DNA from: Octopus vulgaris
Taxonomy: Eukaryota
DNA: 64,000 nt
NCBI GenBank assembly: GCA_951406725.2
Contig: OX597827.1
Coordinates: 84,506,001-84,570,000 of the forward strand
Direction: 5' to 3'
Position 1 is the first letter of the stretch. Each line of letters begins with the position of its first letter. Of this stretch, positions 1-17,635 are shown in pieces. Made by a program: the position numbers and the translations under genes. Under the pieces are notes generated by a model. It was not told where the DNA came from, ran no database searches, and saw only the letters and a program-made list of their open reading frames with translations.

Positions 1-12
1 TATGAATATATA

Positions 13-91
13 TAGCAAACCAAATGGCGGTGCCCCAGCATGGCCACAGCTCATTAGCTGAAACTGGAAAATCAAAATCAATCAAAATCAA
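13..91 (+). mobile_element. Extreme 3' end of LINE subfamily A (3' UTR motif plus ATCAAA-type tail)
   Basis: TAGCAAACCAAATGGCGGTGCCCCAGCATGGCCACAGCTCATTAGCTGAAACTGGAAAATCAAA is the exact reverse complement of ~1845-1907, the 3' end of the RT-bearing copy. It runs directly into (TA)n. Confidence 0.85.
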
Positions 92-1821
<1,730 letters not shown>

Positions 1822-3064
1822 TTGATTTTGATTTTGATTTGACTTTGATTTTCCAGTTTCAGCTAATGAGCTGTGGCCATGCTGGGGCACCGCCATTTGG
1901 TTTGCTACACGGTTTTACCTCACGGATGCTTTTTAGCAAACGCCATCTGATGCATGAGAGAGTTCGATGCAGCTGCCCTCATCTGCGGCTCCAGCCGTGA
2001 AGTTGGTTCATCCGGGACACCTGACAGGAAGAGATCCAGTCCTACTTTAAAGACATCCGCATCTACACCATGCAGGCCCCTCAGGTTCTTCGGGAGGATA
2101 TTGAAGAGCCGTGGGCCTCTGAAGCCCAGGCTATAAAAATATCTTGTCCTACATCTTGATGGCAAATTTGGAGTCCTTTGTACTACGCAGTGGCGTCCGG
2201 TTCTGGCATTTGTGTGACTCTCGATACCAAAGTTTGGGACAAGTCCTTCCAGGATCTTCCAGATATATATTATGGCATATCTTTCTCGCCTACGCTCCAG
2301 GGAATAGAGCTTTAATCTCTTGAGTCTCTCCCAGTAGCTCATATGCTGCACAGAGGCTATCTTCTTCGTGTAGCTTCGTTGGATCGCCTCAAGTTCTGTG
2401 ATCAACTTGACACTGGATGGTGACCATAGCTGAGAGCAATAGTCAAAGTGGCTTAGGACAAGTGTCTTCCAGAGGACCATCATGGTTTCTTGTTCTCTTG
2501 TTCTAAAGGTTCTAAGAATCCATCCAGCCAGCCGTCTACATTTCATTGTCAGTTTAGCAACATGTACATGAAAGGTCGCGTCATCACTCATGTGAATACC
2601 CAGGTCACGCACTGATTGTGCCTCTGGGATTGCAATCCCTCCGGGTCCAGTGTATTCCTTGGGTATTGCATTCAGTTTTGCATGCTGATAGTATAAAGCT
2701 TGAAACTTTTCAGCATTGAACTGCTATATCGGAAGTGGCCCCATTGGTTGCTACCATCTGACTTCTCCTATTCTTCAGAAAGTCATGAAGCCATTCTTCC
2801 TAGTTTTCCAATCCAAGTATGCCAAGATCAGCAGTGTGTGACATATCATTCCATGATTGACTTTATACAGTCTCCCTATGCGAAGTCAAGATATATGACT
2901 TCCACATTTGAGTGGTTGAGCAGTTGTTTCAGCACCCAGTCATGGTGCTGCATATGAGTATAGTTAAGGCAGCTATCTTCCTGGTCGGAAACCATGTTGG
3001 GTGTCAGGCAGCAAGTCATTTTCTTCAAGGAAGGTGATTAGTTTCCTGTGTATTCTGACTATTC
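1822..3064 (-). mobile_element. 5'-truncated CR1/L2-group LINE, subfamily A (RT C-terminus plus 3' UTR; internal deletion and degraded 5' part)
   Basis: ORF 1920-2612(-) reads [43 protein letters not shown]. Frameshifted remnants such as [10 protein letters not shown] lie near 2980-3010. Tail is (ATCAAA)n at 1822-1850. Confidence 0.92.
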
Positions 3065-5214
<2,150 letters not shown>

Positions 5215-5289
5215 TGTGATATGTAGAGGTCTCATAATATGAGTAAAATTATGTACCTTAGGGAATAGCACATAAATGCAATATGCATA

Positions 5290-5800
5290 GCGCTGACTGA
5301 AACGCACCTGTCAAGCAGTATATAGATGTACACATACCAAAGTATACTGTTTTCGGTCAGACAGGAAGGAAAGAACTCATGGTGGGGTTGCCCTGTACGT
5401 CCGTGAAGATGTCACACCCATATAGTATGACACACTCAAAACTATGTGACACACTGATAGTATACATAAACAACCGAAATAGTAATATATATCACATATA
5501 TATATACACCCTAGTCATGAAGGAGTGTTATATATGATAGCCTCAGAAGAATAGAAGAAGTCCTGGACAAAACTGGATATATACACCATATATACTGTAT
5601 GGGAGATATATTAACCTTCCGAAAGTCAAATGGCCAGATGGCCATCTCCTCCCTGGAATGACATCACTTGAACAGAGACAGACAGAGTCCTTGTTGGCTC
5701 TCACACGCAAGTTTTTCATGGAACAAGCAGTGCTTCGGCCAACATATAGAGGTGTGTGGACCTCTGTTTCACAAGCAACCCGATGCTCATCCACAACATA
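5290..5800 (+). pseudogene. Disrupted apurinic-like endonuclease (APE) domain of LINE ORF2
   Basis: Manual translation gives ALTETHL (~5290-5310), FRSDRKERTHGGVALYVRED (~5352-5410) and MGD..NLPKVKWPDG (~5599-5643). These are typical exo-endo-phosphatase motifs, here broken by indels. Confidence 0.75.
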
Positions 5801-6102
5801 ATGGTAACACCAACAATTCTCTCAGATCACAACTTAGTAGAGGTAATGATATATGGTATGAGAGAGTTAGTTGAGACAGCCATTAGCAAAATACACAGGC
5901 ATCCAGTCTAAACTTCCATAAGGCTGAAGAAGATCAACAATAGATATATATGCTGGAATGACTTCATAACACAAACACTATATGTATGGATATATATATA
6001 TTTATACAACAAGATCTATGCCATATATATGTATGTATAAAAAGGGCTCTCTAACTGAGGACCCCAAGGGATAAGTGAAATACTAAAGAACAGTATAAAA
6101 GT

Positions 6103-7827
6103 GTGTTCACATCCCCTCTGGGGCACATGCAAATCACAAACCCAGAAGTTTTCTTTGATGCCACAACACTCCAAAACCAAACAACAACCATCGACCACAT
6201 AGACATAACAGAGAGGGATGTAATATCTGCCATAGAAGAAATGAGAATAAACTCAGCTGCTGGACCAGATGGATTCCCAGCAGTCCTCCTAAAAACATGC
6301 AGGCATGCCCTAGCGGGACCACTGAAGAAGCTCTTCAGTGGTTCCTTGGCTAACGGTAAACTGCCCAGGGCGCTAAAAGAAGGCACCATATGCCCTATCC
6401 ACAAAGGAGGGAGTAGAGCAGAGGCCAAAAACTACAGGCCAGTCTCCCTGACGTCACACATAAGTAAGGTCATGGAACGAATCATCAGAAAAAAACTGAT
6501 CACGTTCCTCGAAGAAACTAACCGTCTCACTGACACACAGCATGGCTTTCGCCCAGGAAGAAGCTGCCTTACGCAGCTGTTACAACACTACGACTGGGTA
6601 CTGAAACAACTACTGGATCGCTCACAGGTGGATGTGGTATATCTCGACTTTGCGAAGGCCTTTGACAAAGTCGACCACGGATTGATATGTCACAAATTAC
6701 TCAGACTCGGCATAACAGGAAAAGTAGGTGAGTGGATACATGACTTCCTGAAGGACAGAAGCCAGATGGTTGCAGCCAATGGAGCCCTCTCGGGAAAGAC
6801 ACCAATAGCAAGCGGGGTGCCACAGGGCACAGTCTTGGGACCCTTGCTGTTTTTGGTGGCGCTCTCTGACATGCCCTTGGTAGCACAAACAACATCCCTC
6901 ACTAGCTATGCTGATGACACAAAGGTAGCACAGGCAATCAAAAACCCAGCTGATGCTGACCTTTTACAACAAGATCTGGATGCCATATACAAATGGGCTG
7001 AAGACAACAACATGCAATTTAATGCTGGTAAATTTCAAGCCTTACAATATCAAGCTGTAAACACATATACATTACAACACAACTATACTGGTCCAGGAGG
7101 GATCGAAATCCCAGTATCGAAATCAATACGGGACCTGGGGATAGACATGAGTGACGATGCATCTTTTTCTTCACACATCGCGAAGGTGGCGACAATGTGC
7201 AGACGACTCACTGGCTGGATCCTGAGGACATTCCGGACAAGAGACTGCGAGACCATGTTGACACTATGGAGGACATTTGTCCTAAGCCGCCTGGACTACT
7301 GCTCCCAACTGTGGTCACCGCATAGTGTCAAACTAACCACAGAGCTTGAGACAATCCAAAGACATTTCACCAAGAGGATTTCCACCATGAAAGAAAAGAA
7401 CTATTGGGAGAGGCTTAGGGAACTCAATTTGTACTCCTTGGAACGAAGACGAGAGAGATATGCAGTGATATACATATGGAAAATCCTGGAGGGACTAGCA
7501 CCAAATTTTGGAATTGAGAGCTGTTCCAATCCCCGTACAGGACGTCACTGTGTGGTGCCAAAGGTCCCGTCTTCCACATCCAGGGTAAGGAGCAGATACT
7601 GTAATAGCCTGGGGTTCAGGGGCCCTCAGCTGTTCAACAAACTGCCAAGAAAACTAAGAGATCTACATGATGCGGATGTGGACATTTTCAAAAAACATCT
7701 AGACAAGCTGCTTTCCGGGATCCCAGATGAACCCACTGCAAGGTACGAAGGTAACCTAAGGGCAGCAGCTACAAACTCTCTCTTAGATCAGTGGCCAGCC
7801 ACGGCAAACTGGACTTGGAGAGGGTAG
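6103..7827 (+). CDS. LINE ORF2 reverse transcriptase domain plus C-terminal region (574 aa open frame; true N-terminus disrupted)
   Basis: [56 protein letters not shown] and [10 protein letters not shown] are canonical non-LTR RT motifs. Confidence 0.95.
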   Translation: MFTSPLGHMQITNPEVFFDATTLQNQTTTIDHIDITERDVISAIEEMRINSAAGPDGFPAVLLKTCRHALAGPLKKLFSGSLANGKLPRALKEGTICPIHKGGSRAEAKNYRPVSLTSHISKVMERIIRKKLITFLEETNRLTDTQHGFRPGRSCLTQLLQHYDWVLKQLLDRSQVDVVYLDFAKAFDKVDHGLICHKLLRLGITGKVGEWIHDFLKDRSQMVAANGALSGKTPIASGVPQGTVLGPLLFLVALSDMPLVAQTTSLTSYADDTKVAQAIKNPADADLLQQDLDAIYKWAEDNNMQFNAGKFQALQYQAVNTYTLQHNYTGPGGIEIPVSKSIRDLGIDMSDDASFSSHIAKVATMCRRLTGWILRTFRTRDCETMLTLWRTFVLSRLDYCSQLWSPHSVKLTTELETIQRHFTKRISTMKEKNYWERLRELNLYSLERRRERYAVIYIWKILEGLAPNFGIESCSNPRTGRHCVVPKVPSSTSRVRSRYCNSLGFRGPQLFNKLPRKLRDLHDADVDIFKKHLDKLLSGIPDEPTARYEGNLRAAATNSLLDQWPATANWTWRG

Positions 7828-7893
7828 CAACAAGGGCGGTGCCCCAGCATGGCCTCAGCCGGATGGCTGAAACAAGTAAAAGAGTAAAAGAGT

Positions 7894-8740
<847 letters not shown>

Positions 8741-10410
8741 ATTGATTGATTGATTCCAGTTTCAGCTTATGAGCTGTGGCCATGCTGGGGCACCGCCATT
8801 TGGTGTTGCTACTTGGTTTCACTTCATGGAGGCTTTCTAGCAACTGCTATTTGGTGCATGAGAGTTCGATGCAGCTGCCCTCATCTGCCCCTCCTGCCGT
8901 GAAGTTGGTTCATCTGGGACACCAGACAGGAAGAGATCCAGCTCCATTTTAAAGACATCTGTATCCACCCCATGCAGGTCTCTCAGGTTCATCGGGAGGA
9001 TATTGAAGAGCTGTGGGCCTCGGAAGCCCAGGCTATCACAGAATCTTGTCCTACATCTTGATGGCAAGTTTGGAGACCTAGGCACCACGCAGTGGCGCCC
9101 AGTTCTGGCATTTGCGTAACTCTCGATGCCAAAGTTCAGGACACTTCCCTCCAGGATCTTCCAGATGTATATTATGGCATATCTTTCCCGCCTACGCTCC
9201 AGGGAATATAATTTTAATCTCTTGAGTCTTTCCCAGTAGCTTACATTCTGCATAGAGGCTATCTTCTTTCGTGTAGCTTCGTTGGATCGCCTCAAGTTCT
9301 GTGATCAACTTGACACTGGATGGTGACCATAGCTGAGAGCAATAGTCAAAGTGACTTAGGACAAGTGTCTTCCAGAGGACCATCATGGTTTCTTGTTCTC
9401 TTGTTCTAAAGGTTCTAAGAATCCATCCAGCCAGCCGTCTGCATTTCATTGTCAGTTTAGCAACATGTACATGAAAGGTCGCGTCATCACTCATGTGAAT
9501 ACTCAGGTCACGCACTGATTGTGCCTCTGGGATTGCAATCCCTCCGGGTCCAGTGTATTCCTTGGGTATTGCATTCAGTTTTGCATGCTGATAGTATAAA
9601 GCTTGAAACTTTTCAGCATTGAACTGCATGCTATTCTTTTCAGCCCACTTGTATATTTAGTCCAGCTCACATTGCAGGTGTTTAGTGTCCTCAGGGTTCT
9701 GTATTGCCTGTGAAACTTTTGTATCATCTGCATAACTTGTGATCGTGGCTCTCCGCGTGGCTGAGGGCATGTCTGAGAGGGCCATTATGAACAGTAGTGG
9801 TCCCAAAACAGTGCCCTGTGGAACACCGCTCACTATTTGCGTGTTAATGGAAGTGGCCCCATTGGCTACTACCACCTGACTTCTATTCTTCAGAAAGTCG
9901 TGAAGCCATTCTCCTAGTTTTCCAACTATGCCAAGATCACGCAGTTTGTGACATATCATTCCATGATCGACTTTATCGAAGGCCTTTGCGAAGTCGAGAT
10001 ATATGACTTCCACATTTGAGTGGTTGAGCAGTTGTTTCAGCACCCAGTCATAGTGCTGCAGGAGCTGAGTTAAGCAGCTTCTTCCTGGTCGGAAACCATG
10101 TTGGGTGTCAGGCAGCAAGTCATTTTCTTCAAGGAAGGTGATTAGTTTCCTTCTGACTATTCGTTCCATGACCTTGCTGATGTGTGAGGTCAGAGAGATA
10201 GGTCTGTAGTTCTTGGCCTCCGCTCTGCTACCTCCTTTATGAATAGGGCATATTTTACCTTCCTTCAGTTTTCTTGGAAGTTTGTCAGCTGCAAGGAAGC
10301 TCTGAAAGAGGAACTGCAGTGGTCTTGCTAAGACTCTCTTATATATATTTTTAGGAGGACACCGGGAATCCATCGGGGCCAATAGCTGAGTCTATTTTCA
10401 TTTCATCTAT
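8741..10410 (-). mobile_element. 5'-truncated LINE subfamily A, RT pseudogene with frameshifts
   Basis: ORFs 9657-10382, 9192-9629 and 8837-9295 are consecutive RT pieces ([40 protein letters not shown]). It has the same 3' motif and an (ATCA)n tail. Confidence 0.94.
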
Positions 10411-11732
<1,322 letters not shown>

Positions 11733-11888
11733 TATCGCCATACTAATATGGCATTCTTATATAAGAAAAAAGCTGTCCGCTTATTAGCTCCATGAGGCCA
11801 TCGCCTTAAGTTAGCTATTTGATACACAAACTGTATCCATATAACCTTCGAACAAGGAGGTCAGTCGCTCCACACTACTTGACTGGCA

Positions 11889-11930
11889 GCTACAGACGCG
11901 TTTCGGGGTATTGCCCCTTTTCAATGCAGC
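11889..11930 (-). ncRNA. Type I hammerhead ribozyme, U3-A8 core variant (copy 1)
   Basis: Minus strand reads GCUGCA-UUGAAAA-GGGG caaua CCCC-GAAA-CGCG-UC^-UGUAGC. This gives a 6-bp stem I, a 4-bp stem II, a palindromic stem III and a GUC cleavage triplet. Confidence 0.8.
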
Positions 11931-12249
11931 GTAGCCAGCCAGTAGGTGTCGCTTCCGACAATCCCTGTTCGATGGTTTTATTTACCTAGTTTCGGTGGAA
12001 TACATCCACTTGTTTTTAATAATAGAAATATTAAAATAACTAAGTCTCTCTAAAAGAGAACAGCGGCAGCGTTCCCGGAAAATAATAGTTATCGCCATAC
12101 TAATATGGCATTCTTATAAAAATAAGAAAAAGCTGTCCGCTTATTAGCTCCATGAGGCCATCGCCTTAAGTTAGCTATTTGATACACAAACTGTATCCAT
12201 ATAACCTTCGAACAAGGGAGGTCAGTCGCTCCACACTACTTGACCGGCA

Positions 12250-12291
12250 GCTACAGACGCGTTTCGGGGTATTGCCCCTTTTCAATGCAGC
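12250..12291 (-). ncRNA. Type I hammerhead ribozyme, U3-A8 core variant (copy 2)
   Basis: Identical to 11889-11930, 361 bp away. Confidence 0.8.
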
Positions 12292-13565
12292 GTAGCCAGC
12301 CAGTAGGTGTCGCTTCCGACAATCCCTGTTCGATGGTTTTATTTACCTAGTTTCGGTGGAATACATCCACTTGTTTTTAATAATAGAAATATTAAAATAA
12401 CTAAGTGTCTCTAAAAGAGAACAGCGGCAGCGTTCCCGGAAAATAATAGTTATCGCCATACTAATATGGCATTCTTATAAAAATAAGAAAAAAGCTGTCA
12501 GGAAACAACAAGGAAGGGCTCAATGCATTGAGCAAATATCAAAGTCCAAGGAAGGAGAAAAAAGACAGATTAGTTTATCATCCGGTCAATACATATTCAA
12601 ATTGGGAATACAATCAATTATATACATATATTTTTTATTATAATCTCGAAGTTGGGCGATCACAATACATATAGAGAAAATTACATCAGATGAAATAAAT
12701 TAAGTTAAAATCACGAGCAGGTGAGGTGTTTAAAAGATTTACAATACTCCTCGTATGAAGTAAAATTAAATGGATAAATGGATTATAGGCGATTTCAAAA
12801 ATGTCATCGAATGAAATGAGATAAAGTATTTCACGAATGAAATAAAAATCTAATGCAGTGAGATATCTTACGATCTTTTCAGGGAATACGTAAAGCAAAA
12901 GCTTATTCTTTCGACTTTGGTTGTCGCTTTTCCTACATCAGAGATAGAATGTTTTCAAGTTTAGATTTTTAAAAATTGAATTTTTTTAAAGAGTTTTCAC
13001 ACATATATATGTCACTGGGTGATTTATACAGTTACGTACATGCCCATACATTCGAGCCGAACACGCAGGAAAGGCAAGAAAAATGAGAATAAAAAAGACA
13101 GATGCTGTGTGTGTGTGTAAGACTAAGAAGGTATGTGTGTATATAGACATGCACTCTACACACAATACATGTGTGGGTGTTAAGAGGATGGGAAGGCCGG
13201 CAGTTTGAACAACAAGCAGAATCAATGTTTGGTGTGTTGGTAGGTGGTTGTGGATGTGTGTGTGTGAGAGAATACTGTATGACGCCATTTGTCAACAGAC
13301 GCCATCGGATCTTGTCAACTTAGTCAAACATGTCGGGAAGGTCAAAGCTACAAATAGCTTAACTAACGGAAGCTGATCCGTCACGTATCGAGGGACATGA
13401 GAATATAGACCCTTGAAGAACACCTGCCAAGTCTCTTCTAACATATGTTTAGTGATGGCGGACAGCTTGTGCTTCTGTCTACTTATTTAACCCAACACTG
13501 ACCTCCACCCTTTTCTCTGTAAACAACATTTATACGAGCTTATATGTATTGTATGTGTACATGTA

Positions 13566-13597
<32 letters not shown>

Positions 13598-14687
13598 CGA
13601 ACTTATCTGTATAAACGAGTAACTATATAGAGAGAGAGAGAGAGAGTGTGGGTGTATACACTGATATACACACGAAGCTTCATATTCACAATAGAGTAAA
13701 AACAAGAGAAATGAAATTGGTTTAAGGTCAATATCGAGGTCGGTATATATTAACTGTGTGTGTGTAATGATTATACACACACACACACACACATTAATCC
13801 ATTCGCTACAACGTTCTTTTATGTTGGAGGCAATATCTTCATATTTTTATAAACCTGAGCTCTTGGAAATAATCCATTTTGTGAATTTTTTTCTAATATT
13901 CTGATGATTAAATTTCAATATCTTCATCATATTGTTTAATTACGTTAAATACTTTATGATAATGAGAGAGGTTAGGGGTTGAGTATCATAGATACAGCAA
14001 ATCGTCGCTCCTTTTTTTCTTGTTTCAACATTTCTTAAATGAAAGAATAGTTTCTGGTTCTAATCTTGCTTTCTCCAACTTCTCACCGTCCGTCCTCTGT
14101 CCTCGTTCATATTATTTCCTGGTCACAATTTTATGCCAATCTCTCCATAGTCTCACAAACAGCTTCACCTTACTGTTTCCTTTCGATAGTCCCCCCTCCC
14201 CCTCTCTCTCTCTCTTCGCATCTATTCACTTTTCCTTTTCCTCTCATAGATATCCAATATCCTGCGCCATTGCTCTTCAATCGGACTGGTTCGTCTTATC
14301 GTTGCTTTCCTCTTAATCTATGTCTTTCTTCTTTTCATTCTTCGCTCATATCCAATCAGTTCTGCTACTCTTGCTTCAAGATACCGAGTTGTTTGTTCGA
14401 CTGTGACCGTTGTTTAAATGGCATAAAATTTGTTGTGTAAAAGTTTTAAGAAGAGTAACAACATAAAAAGAAAAGGATTCTTCAAATTTAACATGATTAC
14501 ATAAATAAAAAAAAAATTTTTAATGGCCAGAATCAGGAATCGCCTCTTTTCTGTCTTGTTGGTTGCTGCCTTGGAATCGTAAAAGGGAAGGATACGATAA
14601 AAACTTTATTTTAAAAAATGAGATTGACTTAGAACATAGTCGTGTTTTCAATGCAACATGTTTAAAAGAAAGGCTGTTACCAGAGAA

Positions 14688-14726
<39 letters not shown>

Positions 14727-14868
14727 TAAGAAGGTATGTGCGTATGATACCAATAAATTATTGCTTCTGAAAGTTGTTTTTATACCAACCACGGACTGCT
14801 CGAAACTTACTATCTTACTAACACCTAGATCCTCGGATCTTACAATTAATTATCACTATATATATACA

Positions 14869-14902
<34 letters not shown>

Positions 14903-15424
14903 CATGCATAGCTGTATATATCTGTATAAGGATTTACTTATACACATACAAACACACACAATGTATATATAGATACTCACATATACACAGGTACACACAC
15001 ACACATCATATATAGCACAAATGGGATTAAAAATCCAGGCAGATATCAATAAAGCAGTCAGTATCAAAAGAATTTGGTTACCAAAATTCAACAATTAGAC
15101 ACCAATAAATGTAAGTAGAATACAGATCCCAGATAAATCCTTATCTATGACAGCTAAATCCAAATATCCTTTGGAAGAATTTCCAAAAATTCAGTATTTG
15201 ACAAAAAAAAAAAAAGCATACGTATAGAGAAAATTACATCTTTATTATATATCTTTATTATATATCTTTATTATATATCTTTATTATATATCTCCCCTTA
15301 TAAAGCCGACGGTTGTTTCGATTGCATATATATATATATATATATGCACACATGTATACACCTATATGTGTGTATATTTCTCCTCCTGCCGGAACGGGGC
15401 AATACGAATGAATTATTATTTTTT

Positions 15425-15697
15425 AAGGTTTCGTACGCTTATTGCTCTTTTGGCGGAACACTGCGAAGATACGGGGACGTAAACGCACCAACACTGGTGG
15501 CTAAGCGGTGGTCACACACACGCACACACACACGCACGCACGCATGCACACACGTGTGTGTGTATACGACAGACTTCTTTCAATTTCCGTATACCAAATC
15601 AAGCCATAAAGCATTGGTCGGCCCGAGATTATCAGCTGAAGGTGCAACGTAATAGAACTGAACCCGGAACTGTGGTTGGGAAGCAACCACACAGCCA
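15425..15697 (-). mobile_element. tRNA-derived SINE (octopus-type, with internal (TG)n)
   Basis: Minus strand GGCTGTGTGG..TGCTTCCCAACCAC..TTCCGGGTTCAG (A/B-box-like) and GGGCCGACCAA..TACGGAAATTGAAAGAAGTCTGTCG. Similar to copies at 25595, 27455, 36135, 40030 and 53820. Confidence 0.75.
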
Positions 15698-16149
15698 ATA
15701 TAAATATCTTTATATAGGTGTTTATATATGTGTGTGTGTGTGTGTGTGTGCCAGTGTGAGCCACTATATGCAGAATGCATGGGCACGTGCCCCCAAATCC
15801 ACGTTCCGATGCCCCCCCCATATATTTCTAGATAGAATGATATGATTCTAGTTATTGCAGTATCATGTGATTTACAAGTTAGTGACCTTAGACGCAATTA
15901 ACTGACCACTGAACGGCGAACGGACGGACGGATGGACACATATGTGTATATACATGTGTGTGTGTGTGTGTGCGTGTGTGCGTGCGTGTGTGTACATATA
16001 TATGTACAACCAAATGAAATGCAAATAATTATTTCCTAGGTGTAGAACTACTTGGCCAGTAGGTCGCTGCTGTAACATGGAGGTGAAACTTGTTAGCAGC
16101 AAATCATGCAGTGATTTACTACCACTGTGCCAACACGTGGGTATTTTAT

Positions 16150-16186
<37 letters not shown>

Positions 16187-17324
16187 ACTGTATCACACTT
16201 AAATATCATGAGATTTCGAGTGTATTAGTATTAATGGACATAGCAGTTCCCATACAGATATCAGGCATACGAATATATATATATACGTTATGCATAATGC
16301 ATGTTTTTAGTTGTGTATACATAGACATCCCTGTCTCCCACTTTCAATCTTTCCTTCTCTCTCTCTCTCTCTCTGTATACACACACTTAACATATATACA
16401 CACACAACGCATATGTACATGCGCAAACTGCACGTACACATACGCACACACGCGTGTGTGGGTGTGCGTATACCACCACCACCACCACCACCACCACCAC
16501 CACCACCACCACCATTCTCAAATGATAATATTCAACAAATTTCTATTCCAGTGTGAAGTTATGCACTTATGTGGCCGGTGGGTAGGGTGTTAGATTGGAG
16601 GTCATTCCATATCTGCCCTCCACCTCTTTCTTTGGAGCCTGTACAATAGACAGGGCCGTCAGTAATCTTCCGCTCCCACCGCACTCCTTCTAAAAAGCCC
16701 ACTTTTTCCATCCCTGCCCATCTCTTCTCCGATGAAATTATTTCTGCCGGATATTACAGTTTCATCCTTAACTGACATTTGCTTATTCCACGCCTGTTTT
16801 GCTTAATTACATCAGTCAGCCAAGTGTGACGGTAACTGACACGTGACACCCTCGCACCCCACCACCCCACCACTGTCATTATGTTATTAATTCTTCCATA
16901 AACATACCTCTTGCTGAAAGTTGGTCATTGCTATAAGGTCCACTTGGCCGATGGCCAGTAGGTGACGCTGTTGACAGGCACACAACACATCGTGTTTTAC
17001 GAAGTTTCATTTAGTATCATCACCATCATCATCATCATCACCTGTCTACACATATGATGTGCCTGATATAAATAAGCAAGCTGACTGACGTACATATGTA
17101 TATATATGTGCATGCGAATACACACAGACACACACACTCGCGCGCGCGCGCGTGTGTGTGTGTATACATATATACACACACAGATAGTTATAATAGATGT
17201 GTACGCATGTTTATTGTTTATATAAACTGATTTCTTACTTTTTTGCTTTCATATATTTATATATATATATGTATGTGTGTGTGTACGGACGCACATCTTC
17301 TCACGCACCGCATACAAACATACA

Positions 17325-17381
<57 letters not shown>

Positions 17382-17600
17382 AGCGTCATTCATCCAATGC
17401 TATGTGTCTTTTGTTAAAGTTGTCGTTAATGACGCCGCCAACGTAATAAATAAATGATATCATCGCTAAAGCAACTATTTCTGGAACGGACTTTCATTAA
17501 GTGAATTTTATTTTGCCACTGACACCTGAAATATAGTTATAATTGGGGAAGGTACCTACCTACCTACCTGCCTGCCTGCCTGTCTGTCTGTCTGTCTGCC

Positions 17601-17635
<35 letters not shown>

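Larger units (their letters stand above)
11733..12499 (-). mobile_element. Tandem direct repeat, ~357-361 bp unit x ~2.1, one hammerhead per full unit (retrozyme / Penelope pseudo-LTR-like)
   Basis: TATCGCCATACTAATATGGCATTC starts at 11733, 12090 and 12451. Units are near-identical, carry no ORF and contain a hammerhead core on the minus strand. Confidence 0.85.

Noticed and set aside
24-90. Recurring peptide [10 protein letters not shown] / [13 protein letters not shown]
   Set aside because: It is the conserved LINE 3' UTR read into the array. Conservation fits RNA structure, and subfamily D breaks the frame.
11985-12015. Second hammerhead-like half in the tandem unit (minus GUGGA/UCCAC-C-GAAA-CUAG)
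   Set aside because: No CUGANGA/UUGANAA core and no stem I; at most a relic.
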